Assembly: GCA_965261085.1 (NCBI GenBank)
Contig: OZ253442.1
Span: 3,616,001 to 3,680,000, forward strand
Length of the DNA stretch: 64,000 bases
Origin: a bacterium
GTDB taxonomy: Bacteria; UBA8248
Reading direction: 5' to 3'
Shown here: piece by piece, positions 31,029-40,346 of the stretch
Layout of the letters: every line of letters starts with the position of its first letter
Position numbering within the stretch: position 1 is the first letter of the stretch
Notes under the pieces: model-generated
Databases searched by the model: none
Seen by the model: the letters and a program-made list of their open reading frames with translations, nothing else
What the model was told of the DNA's origin: nothing
Position numbers and translations under genes: made by a program

Positions 31029-32708
31029 CTACTCCGTAACGGCCAAGGGCGCCATGGCCTCGATGTCGCTCACGCAGTCGATGACGACGGGGCGGTTCGC
31101 GCTGAACGCCTGGTCGAGCGCGCTCTTGAGTTCGCCCGGTTTTTCCACCCGGATGCCCAGCGCGCCCATGGATTCGGCGATTTCGGCGAAATTCACTTCG
31201 CTGAGCTTCCAGAGCTCATAGGCCTGCTCGGTCTGCTCGCCGCCGTAGGCGCGATCGAAGCCGCGCTTGGACTGGTTGCCCGAGGCGTTGTTGTTCACCA
31301 GCGTCACCGCGTTTATCTTCCAGCGCACGGCGGTCTCGATCTCGGACAAATGGTACCAGAAGCCCGAATCGCCGTTGAAGGCGAGCACCGGCCGCTCAGG
31401 CACGGCGCACTTCGCCCCCAAACCCGCCGAGAAGGCCCAGCCCAGGTGGCCTGCGCTCCTGATGTAGCTTTGATCCGGATGCGAGAGGTCGTACATGCCG
31501 CCCATCCACATGCCCGAATGGCCCGTATCGCCCAGTACGACGCAATCCGAAGGCAAAGAATCCGTCAACTCCTGGCAGATGCGCTCAGGACGCATGGGGG
31601 CGGCGTCCGATTCGAGATATTCCTTGAACTCATCACGCCACCCCTGGACGAAGCCTTGCGCTCTTTCCACCCAGCCCGCGCGCGAGGCGGCGGATTCCGC
31701 GTTCGCCACGTCCGCCATTTTCTGCAGGCTCACCCTGGCGTCGCCCAGAACCGCAACTTGTAAGGGATAGTTCCGCGCCAGGGCTTCGGGTTCGATATCC
31801 AGTTGAATCGCGGGCGTGCCGATGGGCGGCACGGCCCAGAAGTGCGTCGTCATGCCGCCCGTCTCGGTGCCGACGAAGAAGACCAGGTCGGCTCCGTTCA
31901 CCACCTGATTCGCACTCTTTCTCGAATAGGAGCCCACCACGCCGACGGAGAGCGGGTGATTTCCCGGAATGGTGTCCTTGCCGTTCAAGGAGGTGGCCAC
32001 CGGTATGTTCAGCTTCTCCGCCAGGGCGATGAGTTCTTTCGACGCCCCCGATGAGCGAACGCCGCCGCCTGCGACGATGACGGGCCGTTCAGCCTTTTCC
32101 AGCAGTTCGACCGCTTTTTTCACGCGCGCCGGCTCGGGTTCGGGCCGGTAGGGAGGAAGCTCCTTGAAGTCTTCCTCGATGATCACCTCCATCTCGGCCT
32201 CCCCGATGTCGAGTTGCCCCTCGTTGCCTGCGAATTGCAGATGCACGGGCCCCGGACAACCCGAGGTGGCGACCCGGAAAGCCTGGCGGATCATGTCCGG
32301 AAAGCGCGAGACGTCATCCACCGTAGCGTTGAACTTCGTCACCGGCTCGAAAGCGGGAACGTCGTCCACCTCCTGATAAACCTTTCGGAACTTGGTCTCG
32401 GGCACGCGCCCGCCCGTGAAGGCCAAGACGGGGGATTTCGCCAGATAGGCATCCCGCAGGCCCGCCGCCAGATTCAGCGCGCCGATGACCTGCGCCATGC
32501 AGACGCCGGGCTTCTTGCCCGCGCGCGCGTAGCCGTCCGCCATGTAGGCGGCGGATTTCTCGCCGTGCGTCTGGATGCGGGCGATGTTCGTACGCTCTTC
32601 CATCTCGGCCATCGAGCGCCTGAGAACGGCGGGAACCAAAAAAGTGTGAGTCACGCCATAACCCTTGAGCATCTCGGCCATGACCTGGGCGCCTGTCATT
32701 TTAGGCAT
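31029..32708 (-). CDS. Thiamine-diphosphate-dependent enzyme (acetolactate synthase-like)
   Basis: EKSAAYMADGYAR, PGPVHL and GDSG...NN motifs. Confidence 0.92.
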   Translation of the reverse strand: MPKMTGAQVMAEMLKGYGVTHTFLVPAVLRRSMAEMEERTNIARIQTHGEKSAAYMADGYARAGKKPGVCMAQVIGALNLAAGLRDAYLAKSPVLAFTGGRVPETKFRKVYQEVDDVPAFEPVTKFNATVDDVSRFPDMIRQAFRVATSGCPGPVHLQFAGNEGQLDIGEAEMEVIIEEDFKELPPYRPEPEPARVKKAVELLEKAERPVIVAGGGVRSSGASKELIALAEKLNIPVATSLNGKDTIPGNHPLSVGVVGSYSRKSANQVVNGADLVFFVGTETGGMTTHFWAVPPIGTPAIQLDIEPEALARNYPLQVAVLGDARVSLQKMADVANAESAASRAGWVERAQGFVQGWRDEFKEYLESDAAPMRPERICQELTDSLPSDCVVLGDTGHSGMWMGGMYDLSHPDQSYIRSAGHLGWAFSAGLGAKCAVPERPVLAFNGDSGFWYHLSEIETAVRWKINAVTLVNNNASGNQSKRGFDRAYGGEQTEQAYELWKLSEVNFAEIAESMGALGIRVEKPGELKSALDQAFSANRPVVIDCVSDIEAMAPLAVTE

Positions 32709-32823
32709 TCGCAATATCTCCTTGTCTGTACACAAAATTGATTAGGACGACGAAATACGAAACCACCAGTTTCGGATTTTTCAGGGAATACCAGATAGAA
32801 TTATCAGCTAAGAAGCGAAAAAT

Positions 32824-33726
32824 CTAGCCGCCCAGGGCATCGCGCACGGCGGCGGGAATCTCGCGCATGTCCTCCACCACGGTGGCGCCCGCTTCCTTGA
32901 GAAGCGCCTTTTTCCGCGCGGGAGAACCCTCCCCGCGTTCGATGATGGCCGCCGCGTGGCCGAAGCTCACCCCGCTCGGGGCGGACTCGTTAATCATCCC
33001 CGCAATGAAGGCGACCACAGGCTTGGTGAAGCCGCCCTCGCCCATCAGGCGCGCCGCGTCCTCTTCTGCGCATGAACCCGGCTCGCCGAAGAGGACGACG
33101 CACTCCGTATCGGGATCGTCCTCGAACAGGGGCATGAGTTCTGAAAAAGGAGCGCCCACCATCGCGTCTCCCCCCACGCTCACGTAGGTGCTCTGGCCGA
33201 TTCCCTCCCGGCTCAGGAGCCAGCAGGTCTCGCTGCCCATTCCCCCGCTTCTGCTCAGCACGCCCACCGGCCCCTTTTGGAACAAGAGGTTCGTGACGGG
33301 CAAATCACCGCCCGTGCCGCCCATCTTCGCCCGTCCTGGGCTGATGACGCCCTGGCTGTTGGGACCCACGAGCCGCACCCCCGCGCGTCTGGCATGGGCG
33401 ATCATTAGCGCCACGTCGTGTTGGGGAACCCCTTCGGCGCATACGAGGATCATCCCGATTCCTGCTCCCGCCGCCTCGATGGCCGATTCCGCAGCCGCAG
33501 CCGCAGGCACGAACAAGACGGCGGCGTCCGCCGGATGTTCATCAAGAGCAGTGGCGAACGAATCGTAAACGGGCGCGCCGTCACAATCCTCGCCCGCGCG
33601 CCCCGGCACCACGCCGGCCACCACGCGGGTGCCGTACTTGCGCATAAACCCGGTATGGGCGCGCGCCTGCCAGCCGGTGATGCCCGCCACGACGACGCGC
33701 GTGGCCTCACCAACGAGGATGCTCAA
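32824..33726 (-). CDS. SucD-like CoA-ligase alpha subunit
   Basis: GITG, GPNSQG, SRSGG, GGD, GEPG and FGHAAA motifs; TTG start overlaps the upstream stop. Confidence 0.85.
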   Translation of the reverse strand: MSILVGEATRVVVAGITGWQARAHTGFMRKYGTRVVAGVVPGRAGEDCDGAPVYDSFATALDEHPADAAVLFVPAAAAAESAIEAAGAGIGMILVCAEGVPQHDVALMIAHARRAGVRLVGPNSQGVISPGRAKMGGTGGDLPVTNLLFQKGPVGVLSRSGGMGSETCWLLSREGIGQSTYVSVGGDAMVGAPFSELMPLFEDDPDTECVVLFGEPGSCAEEDAARLMGEGGFTKPVVAFIAGMINESAPSGVSFGHAAAIIERGEGSPARKKALLKEAGATVVEDMREIPAAVRDALGG

Positions 33727-34970
33727 GACCCGCCTCCTGTGCCCATCCACGACTCTCCGCGCTTTACCGCCTCGACCTGGGAGACGATGCGCTCGGCCGC
33801 TTCTTCGAGCGTCACCTCATCGCCCAGATACTGAAGACCCGGGCACGTTCGGGCGATCTCACGCGCCTCTTCTCCGCCTGCGCCCGCGAAACGCACGATA
33901 AAGGGGAATTCAGAGAGATCGACCCCCGTCTCCTTAACGGCGCGGGCGATGGCGCGGACCTTGAGCTGAACGCGCGAGAAACTCGTGATGTTGCTCCCCG
34001 CGAGCGCGCCCTTTACGTTCGGCATCCCGAGAATCTCTTTGGTGATCTCGAAATACTTCTCCTCCAGAGGACCCGGCGTAATGTCGAACGCCGTCGCGGG
34101 CTTTCCGCCCAGGCGCTCCATCGTGTCCAGGAGATACAAACCGCCGCCTCCCCCGCTCCACATGAGGGCGATTTCCCCGTCATCGATCTCCGTGAAGCGC
34201 GCCGTGTTGAACGGAGGTATTCTGGCGTCTATCTCCGCTACCCTCGCCTCGATGGGGGTGGGCGGACGCCAGCCGCCGCCTGAGCCTTCATCGAGCAGCG
34301 CAACCAGTTCGGGATGGCGAAACAAGGCGTCCGCGTCCAAATCCAGCACGCACGCGGCGGCTACGACTTCCTCCGCATCGCTCAGAACAAGCGGATTCAC
34401 CTCCAGAACCCGCGCCTCGGTGCGGCGGAAAAGCCCATAGCAGGCCTCCAAGGCGAGGGCCGCCCGGTAGAGGGACTCCCCGTGCACGCCGCAGGCGCGG
34501 AGAAAAGAAATACACCTCTCCTCGCTCAGGCCGTCTAAGATATCGACTTCCATCCGCTTGAGCGCTTCGGGGTTTTCCTCCAAAAGCGCCTCGATCTCCA
34601 CGCCGCCCTCGGTGCTGAACATCACGAGCGGCCCGCGCGATGCGCTGTCGAAGGCGATGGAGAGATACCATTCCTGCACGATCCCGATTTTCTCCTCGAC
34701 CAGCAGACGCTTGACGGGAAAATGATGCACCACCCGGCCCAGAAGTTCGCCGGCCGCTCTTTCCGCCTCATCGGGCGTATCCGCAGCGAGAATCGCGCCC
34801 GCCTTACCGCGCTTTCCCACCGGAACCAACGCCTTCACCATCACGGGGCCGCCGATTGCGCGCGCAGCCTCCGCCGCTTCTGCGGGCGTATGCGCCGAGC
34901 GGCCACGCGGGACGCGCACGCCCGCATCGCTTAAAAGCGTTTTGGCCTTATCCTCGAACACGCGGGGCAT
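33723..34970 (-). CDS. SucC/citrate-lyase-like ATP-grasp CoA-ligase beta subunit
   Basis: KRGKAG, EGGVEIE and EVNPL motifs; SGGGGG in place of GNGAG. Confidence 0.85.
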   Translation of the reverse strand: MPRVFEDKAKTLLSDAGVRVPRGRSAHTPAEAAEAARAIGGPVMVKALVPVGKRGKAGAILAADTPDEAERAAGELLGRVVHHFPVKRLLVEEKIGIVQEWYLSIAFDSASRGPLVMFSTEGGVEIEALLEENPEALKRMEVDILDGLSEERCISFLRACGVHGESLYRAALALEACYGLFRRTEARVLEVNPLVLSDAEEVVAAACVLDLDADALFRHPELVALLDEGSGGGWRPPTPIEARVAEIDARIPPFNTARFTEIDDGEIALMWSGGGGGLYLLDTMERLGGKPATAFDITPGPLEEKYFEITKEILGMPNVKGALAGSNITSFSRVQLKVRAIARAVKETGVDLSEFPFIVRFAGAGGEEAREIARTCPGLQYLGDEVTLEEAAERIVSQVEAVKRGESWMGTGGGS

Positions 34971-35002
34971 ATCTATCGCACCAAAACAGGATGGGAGTGG
35001 GT

Positions 35003-35797
35003 TTACAGAATGGCTACGGGACGGACGGGCGAACCCGTGCCGCCGCGCACCTTGAGCGGCAGGCAGACGAAGAGAAATTCATAGGCCCGGGCCCGGCTCA
35101 ACTCCTCGAGCACGGCCACTTCGAGCAGATGTATTCCGCTGTCCACCAGCATGTGGCAGTGCACCGGCAAGGAGGGGGCCGGCAGGACTTCCACCGCGAA
35201 GTTATCGCTGCCCGCCATGAAGATGCCTTGATCCGAGAGCCACTTCGCAGCGTCCAGGTCGATTCCAGGCGCGCCGCCTTTTTGAAAATAATAGTTCCGG
35301 CCCGGCCAGTGGCGCATGTGCCCGGTGCGCACCAGGACGACGTCGCCTTCTTCCACCCTGACCCCCTGGGCGGCGGCGACCGCTTCGAGTTCACCCGTCG
35401 TAATGGGGCGGCCCGCTTCGAGCACGTCTTGTTTGAAATGCGCCGCCATGTCGAGCATCACCCCGCGCCTCACCACGGGCGCCACGCTCTCGATGCCGTG
35501 GACTTTGAGACCCTCGGTCTTGCTCTGGGAGGCGACGGCGTCCACGCCGCCGTGGAGCTTCATGTCCTGCGCGATGTGGCCGAGGGCGTCGATGTGCGTG
35601 CCCGTGTGGCCGGTGCAGAAGAACGTATCCACCGCCGAGCACGCCCCGCCTGAATACATGAAGTCGCCGTGTTCCCTGATCATCGAGTACCCGAACGGGC
35701 CGTGGAGCGGCACGTGCGGCATTCCGGGGAAAAGCTCGACGCCCAAATCGAACACTTTACTGCCGCGCGCGATGGCGCGTACGTCTTCTATGTTCAT
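35003..35797 (-). CDS. Cyclase family protein (kynurenine formamidase-like)
   Basis: HTGTHIDA, LVRTG and GTGSPVRP motifs. Confidence 0.9.
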   Translation of the reverse strand: MNIEDVRAIARGSKVFDLGVELFPGMPHVPLHGPFGYSMIREHGDFMYSGGACSAVDTFFCTGHTGTHIDALGHIAQDMKLHGGVDAVASQSKTEGLKVHGIESVAPVVRRGVMLDMAAHFKQDVLEAGRPITTGELEAVAAAQGVRVEEGDVVLVRTGHMRHWPGRNYYFQKGGAPGIDLDAAKWLSDQGIFMAGSDNFAVEVLPAPSLPVHCHMLVDSGIHLLEVAVLEELSRARAYEFLFVCLPLKVRGGTGSPVRPVAIL

Positions 35798-35895
35798 CGT
35801 GACCTCATCAGAAATTCAGGTAATAAATCCTTGACGCATGTCGTCTCATTTTTTTTCTTTCACCCGTCATAAGATATTCACAATCCCTATTCGGG

Positions 35896-36549
35896 TTAGT
35901 CGTCCTCGTAAACCCCGCCGTCGCTGCTCTCCGGAAAAACTTCACGGTAAATATCCGAGAGATTTCTGCCTTCGAAAGTCCAGCGCCCACACGGATTAGC
36001 CGAGTAATTCAGGTCCAGGGCCATGTTTGTTGCAGCCGTCAAAGACATTTCCTCGCCACGAAACGACACCTTTTTCTCTCCAATCACGATCGCTTTCTCG
36101 TGTGCGCCATTCGTGGACACCAGTTCCGAACCATCTGGAATTCCCATGACCCTAAAATTCAAATTCGGTCTGTGATTGCGTCTTTTGAATTTCCTCGCAT
36201 CCTCTTTTTCTTCGGAAGACAAATCTTTATCCAAGTCACGCTCAATCTCCGGGGTTACGTCTCGGGCGTCCGGCCAGATTTTGAGAAGAGCCTCTACTTG
36301 GGAACTCCCTACTTCAAAGAACTCTCGGGAACGACTCAGTCTGTGCGGCTCGAATGCGACATGAAGGGCTTTCTCGAGTTCATCCCCCTTTTCTTCAACC
36401 TCGACCGCGATGGTGCAATCGAACGGAAGGGGAACGCCTGTCGTATACAATTCTTTCATTCTCGCCTGGAGGTCATCCCGCGTCGTCTTGCCGATCTTGA
36501 TGAGGTCGGGCATAGCCGGGTTAGTCAGAACATAAACAATGACGGACAC
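35896..36549 (-). CDS. GIY-YIG nuclease (T5orf172-like)
   Basis: VYVLTNPAMPDLIKIGKT, TGVPLPF and REFF motifs; lower GC. Confidence 0.85.
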   Translation of the reverse strand: MSVIVYVLTNPAMPDLIKIGKTTRDDLQARMKELYTTGVPLPFDCTIAVEVEEKGDELEKALHVAFEPHRLSRSREFFEVGSSQVEALLKIWPDARDVTPEIERDLDKDLSSEEKEDARKFKRRNHRPNLNFRVMGIPDGSELVSTNGAHEKAIVIGEKKVSFRGEEMSLTAATNMALDLNYSANPCGRWTFEGRNLSDIYREVFPESSDGGVYEDD

Positions 36550-36806
36550 GCTCTCTCCCTTTCAGCGATCTTGAGACCCCACGAAACCGCCACTGCGGTG
36601 GTCTATTACACGGAGAGCCGTCCCCGTTTCTCAAGTCCACTACCAGAGCAACTTAGCAGGACAAACTGTTACTTTCTTTTATTCCCTAGCCAATAGCACC
36701 GGAGGTGTTTTGGTTACTATAGCTTTGCGTCTCGCCATCCGGCAAGGTAAACATCAAGGGCGGAAATGAACACTCATCTCATCGAAATTCCCTGGAGCGG
36801 CGGCGC

Positions 36807-37229
36807 ATGAATTATTGGGCATACGTTCATCCGGCTTTTCAGATTGCCACGCTTTCGCTGGGCCTGATCACTCTGGCCAACGGCTTGCGCGTGAGGCGTT
36901 CCCGAAGGGGAGGAGCCGGACCCGAGACGGCGCGCATCGCCCGCCTTCACATGCGGCTCGGGCGATGGTTCATCGCTTTTTTCTCGGCGGGCTACGCTTT
37001 GGGGCTGGGCGGGATGCGCTTCGCCCTGGAAGGGCCCCTCTACGAGACGGCGCACAGCTATTTCGCCACCCTGGCCCTGGGCTTGTTCTGGACGACGGCC
37101 TATCTGGGACGAAGACTGAGAAAAAATCTCAAAAACGACGATTTGCGGCAGATTCACTCCTATTGCGGGTTTCTGGCCGTTTTTCTCGCCCTGTTCGTCG
37201 CTTTTTTGGGGATGCGCCTACTCCCCTAG
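36807..37229 (+). CDS. Four-TM membrane protein with four His (DUF4079/cytochrome b561-like)
   Basis: HP, LH, AH and IH at or in four hydrophobic helices. Confidence 0.7.
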   Translation: MNYWAYVHPAFQIATLSLGLITLANGLRVRRSRRGGAGPETARIARLHMRLGRWFIAFFSAGYALGLGGMRFALEGPLYETAHSYFATLALGLFWTTAYLGRRLRKNLKNDDLRQIHSYCGFLAVFLALFVAFLGMRLLP

Positions 37230-37472
37230 CGTCCTCGATTCTGATAGAATTAGGAGGGAGCCGCCGCTTCAAGAAGCAGGAAAATTCTCCATGTCCTTAT
37301 TCTCGCTCTCGTCTTCATGCCCCATGATTATCATGGCCGGCAATCAGACATTTTGCCCGGCGCAAACCTTTCGTGTATCCTGCAATCCATTGGCTCGACC
37401 AACACCCAAAATTCAAGAAATAGCGGACGACGAAAATTCGTATCGCAATTATCCCTCCATGGAGGAAGAATT

Positions 37473-38426
37473 ATGCTGAGAAAATCGTGGTTCATCCTGT
37501 TCGCCGCGCTCCTCATCGCCTCGCTTTGGGCCGCCCTTCCGGCCCAGGCGGCGAACCCATGCGCCAAGAACCCGTGCGCGGCGAAAAATCCGTGCGCGTC
37601 AAATCCTTGTGCGAAAAACCCCTGCGCTAAAAATCCTTGCGCAAAAAATCCCTGTGCAAAGAACCCATGCGCCAAGAACCCCTGCGCAGGAAATCCGTGT
37701 GCTGCCAAGAACCCTTGTGCTAAAAACCCCTGTGGCGCGAACCCGTGCGCGAAGGCGGCGAAGAACCCCTGTGGCGCGAACCCATGCGCCAAGGCGGCGA
37801 AAAACCCTTGTGGCGGGAATCCGTGCAACCCTTGTGCGGGCGGCGCGGCCCGGGCGAGGAGCGAGGCCGTCATGCTCGTCGGCCAGGTCACCGGCTACAG
37901 CAAGGGCTATCTGGGCGTGCGCACCTCCGCCGGCAAGAACGTGAGCGTCCACGTGGTGAAAACCACGCTGGCGCACAGGGGGCCGAAACCGATCAGCGCA
38001 GCCTCCATCAAGGCCGGAACCCGGGTGAACATCTCCACCCAGGCCAGGGGCGGCTACTACAAGGCGAACTTCATCTACGCCCTCGTAAGCGGCGGAGGTA
38101 ATCCCTGCGGCGCCAACCCCTGTGGCGGTAACCCCTGCGCCAAAAATCCCTGCGCCGGCAACCCTTGCGCGAAGACCGCCAAGAACCCTTGCGGGGGAAA
38201 CCCCTGCGCAGCGAAAAATCCTTGCGGGGCCAATCCATGCGCCAAGAAAAACCCGTGCGGCGCAAACCCCTGCGCAGCCAAGAACCCTTGCGCCAGTAAC
38301 CCGTGCGCGAAAAAAAATCCGTGTGGTGGGAACCCTTGCGCGAAAAACCCGTGCGCCGCCAAGAATCCTTGTGCGGCGAAGAATCCGTGCGCCAAGAATC
38401 CTTGCGCTCCGGGAGGGAAAAAATAG
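37473..38426 (+). CDS. Exported Cys-rich protein: about 18 + about 19 NPC repeats flanking a small beta-rich domain
   Basis: GGAGG RBS; signal peptide ending AQA; synonymous codon variation between repeats. Confidence 0.85.
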   Translation: MLRKSWFILFAALLIASLWAALPAQAANPCAKNPCAAKNPCASNPCAKNPCAKNPCAKNPCAKNPCAKNPCAGNPCAAKNPCAKNPCGANPCAKAAKNPCGANPCAKAAKNPCGGNPCNPCAGGAARARSEAVMLVGQVTGYSKGYLGVRTSAGKNVSVHVVKTTLAHRGPKPISAASIKAGTRVNISTQARGGYYKANFIYALVSGGGNPCGANPCGGNPCAKNPCAGNPCAKTAKNPCGGNPCAAKNPCGANPCAKKNPCGANPCAAKNPCASNPCAKKNPCGGNPCAKNPCAAKNPCAAKNPCAKNPCAPGGKK

Positions 38427-38500
38427 AAATGCCTCCACGCGCGGTGCGTGGAGTTTGACTTTTCTTGAAGTCGGATTTTTCCATATCCTGCAAGGAGAAA

Positions 38501-39358
38501 ATGATGAAGACAGCAAAGTGGGGCATCATTCTCGCCGTGGCCTTAGGCCTGATGATTCCATCGGCCGCCCAGGCGGCGGAAAAGAAGGCGACTATCACGC
38601 CGCCGCCCTTTTTCTTCACCCAGCAACGCGACGCCAGCGTGAAGGACTCCGTCACCCGGGGCAAGAAAATCTTCAGAGACATAGGCTGCGTGGGCTGCCA
38701 CCCCCGGGGCCGCACCGTCGGCGGCACCGCCGTGGACATCATGGGCTTCAGGAACCCGGTGCCCATTCCCACCCTCATGGGAGCGGCGGATCACTTCCCG
38801 CGCCTGAGTCCGGCAAGCCAGGTGGTGAACGTCGGGCAGTTCAACGACCTTTGCTCCACGACGTTCATCGGCAATCCGCCCATGGACCCCTATTCCCAGA
38901 GATACAAGGACCTCGAATCCTACGTGGTTTCGCTCTCCCGCGCGCGATACAAGCGGATGCTCGACTGGGAGGCGAAGCGCAAGGCGTTCATGAAGACGGT
39001 GCAGCCCGCGGCCGGTGGGGGGAACCCCTGCGGAGCCAACCCCTGCGCAGCCAAGAACCCTTGCGGGGGTAATCCTTGCGCCAAGAATCCATGCGCGGCG
39101 AAGAATCCCTGCGCCGCCAAGAACCCGTGCGCGTCAAAAAACCCCTGCGCGGGGATAAATCCTTGCGCCAAAAATCCGTGCGCGGCTAAGAATCCCTGTG
39201 CGGCCAAAAATCCTTGTGCGGCGAAGAACCCCTGCGCTGCCAAAAATCCTTGTGCGAAGAACCCTTGCGCTGCGAAAAACCCCTGCGCTAAGAATCCTTG
39301 CGCGAAAAACCCGTGCGCGGCAAAGAATCCGTGCGCAAAGAATCCATGCAAGAAATAA
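38501..39358 (+). CDS. Exported monohaem cytochrome c (SoxA/TsdA-like pattern) with about 20 C-terminal NPC repeats
   Basis: Signal peptide; CVGCH; HFPRL...FNDLC...S..YKDLESYV. Confidence 0.85.
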   Translation: MMKTAKWGIILAVALGLMIPSAAQAAEKKATITPPPFFFTQQRDASVKDSVTRGKKIFRDIGCVGCHPRGRTVGGTAVDIMGFRNPVPIPTLMGAADHFPRLSPASQVVNVGQFNDLCSTTFIGNPPMDPYSQRYKDLESYVVSLSRARYKRMLDWEAKRKAFMKTVQPAAGGGNPCGANPCAAKNPCGGNPCAKNPCAAKNPCAAKNPCASKNPCAGINPCAKNPCAAKNPCAAKNPCAAKNPCAAKNPCAKNPCAAKNPCAKNPCAKNPCAAKNPCAKNPCKK

Positions 39359-39496
39359 TGGAGGCTTAGCCGACATATTCGGATGAGCATCCGGCGCGCG
39401 CGCGTTTGAGACACCGCCTCCCCGCATCGATCGGGGATGGCGGAGTCTCCGCGCCTGCGTCCCATATCGACGAGACCGATGAAAGAGGACGGGAGA

Positions 39497-40297
39497 ATGA
39501 AGTTTCTGAAGAAAAGGGGGTTGTGGATCGTCGTGGCTCTCGCGTGGAGCCTCATCGCGCCCGCCGGTTCTCTTGCCGCCAAGAGAATACCTCCCAAGAC
39601 CGAGACGGCGAAGCAAAACGGCGCGGACTACTGGCTGGGCAAGGAAATCTATGAGGAAATCTGTTTTTCCTGCCACGGCAGCAAGGGTGACGGGAAGGGC
39701 CCTAGCTGGCGGAGTTCGAGGCCGAGACCGCAGGTGTTCATCAGCCCCTACATGAGGCGCATGACGGATGACTACATCTTCTCCATCGTGAAGTTCGGCA
39801 AGATGAATGTCTTGAAAAACCAGACGAAGGGCCACAAGATAAAAAACGGCGTCCCCACCGCCATGCCCTCGTTCGGCGAAGTGCTCGAAGACGACCAGAT
39901 AAGAAAGCTCATCAAATGGGAGCGCGGCTTCACGAGCGGCAAACAGCCCAAGGATGAGGAGTCGAAAGGGATCTTCATCGACGCCTGCTCCCAGTGCCAC
40001 GGCAAACAGGGCTTCGGCAACGGAATCCGTCCCGTGGAGGATCAGGACCCCGAAAAACCGTTCATCAGCCACATTCAGCCGCCGCCGATGAACTATCACC
40101 TAAAAGAGCAGATGGCGCGCTTTGACGACGAATTCCTCTTCTGGCTCATCAAGTTCGGCCGCATCGACGTCACCGAGATGAAGAAGTTCGACTTCATGAA
40201 GGCCTACGGCCACGTGCTGAGCGATGAGGAGATATGGTCGGTCGTCCAGTATGTCCGCGAAACGTTCATCGACGGCAAGCCGAGAAAGAAGAAATAG
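39497..40297 (+). CDS. Exported dihaem cytochrome c
   Basis: Signal peptide; CFSCHG..G.G.G and CSQCHG; AMPSF and FMKAY distal-Met segments. Confidence 0.9.
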   Translation: MKFLKKRGLWIVVALAWSLIAPAGSLAAKRIPPKTETAKQNGADYWLGKEIYEEICFSCHGSKGDGKGPSWRSSRPRPQVFISPYMRRMTDDYIFSIVKFGKMNVLKNQTKGHKIKNGVPTAMPSFGEVLEDDQIRKLIKWERGFTSGKQPKDEESKGIFIDACSQCHGKQGFGNGIRPVEDQDPEKPFISHIQPPPMNYHLKEQMARFDDEFLFWLIKFGRIDVTEMKKFDFMKAYGHVLSDEEIWSVVQYVRETFIDGKPRKKK

Positions 40298-40346
40298 GAG
40301 AACCGCCGGATTCCTCCCGATTCCAGACGCCGCCGAGTAGTGGACG

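Noticed and set aside
37554-39349. CRISPR array or DNA satellite
   Set aside because: No unique spacers; units are 9-24 nt, in frame and vary at synonymous positions.
37331-39597. Antisense AQGF/AHGF repeat ORFs
   Set aside because: Shadows of the NPC genes; the plus strand has RBS, signal peptides and CxxCH.
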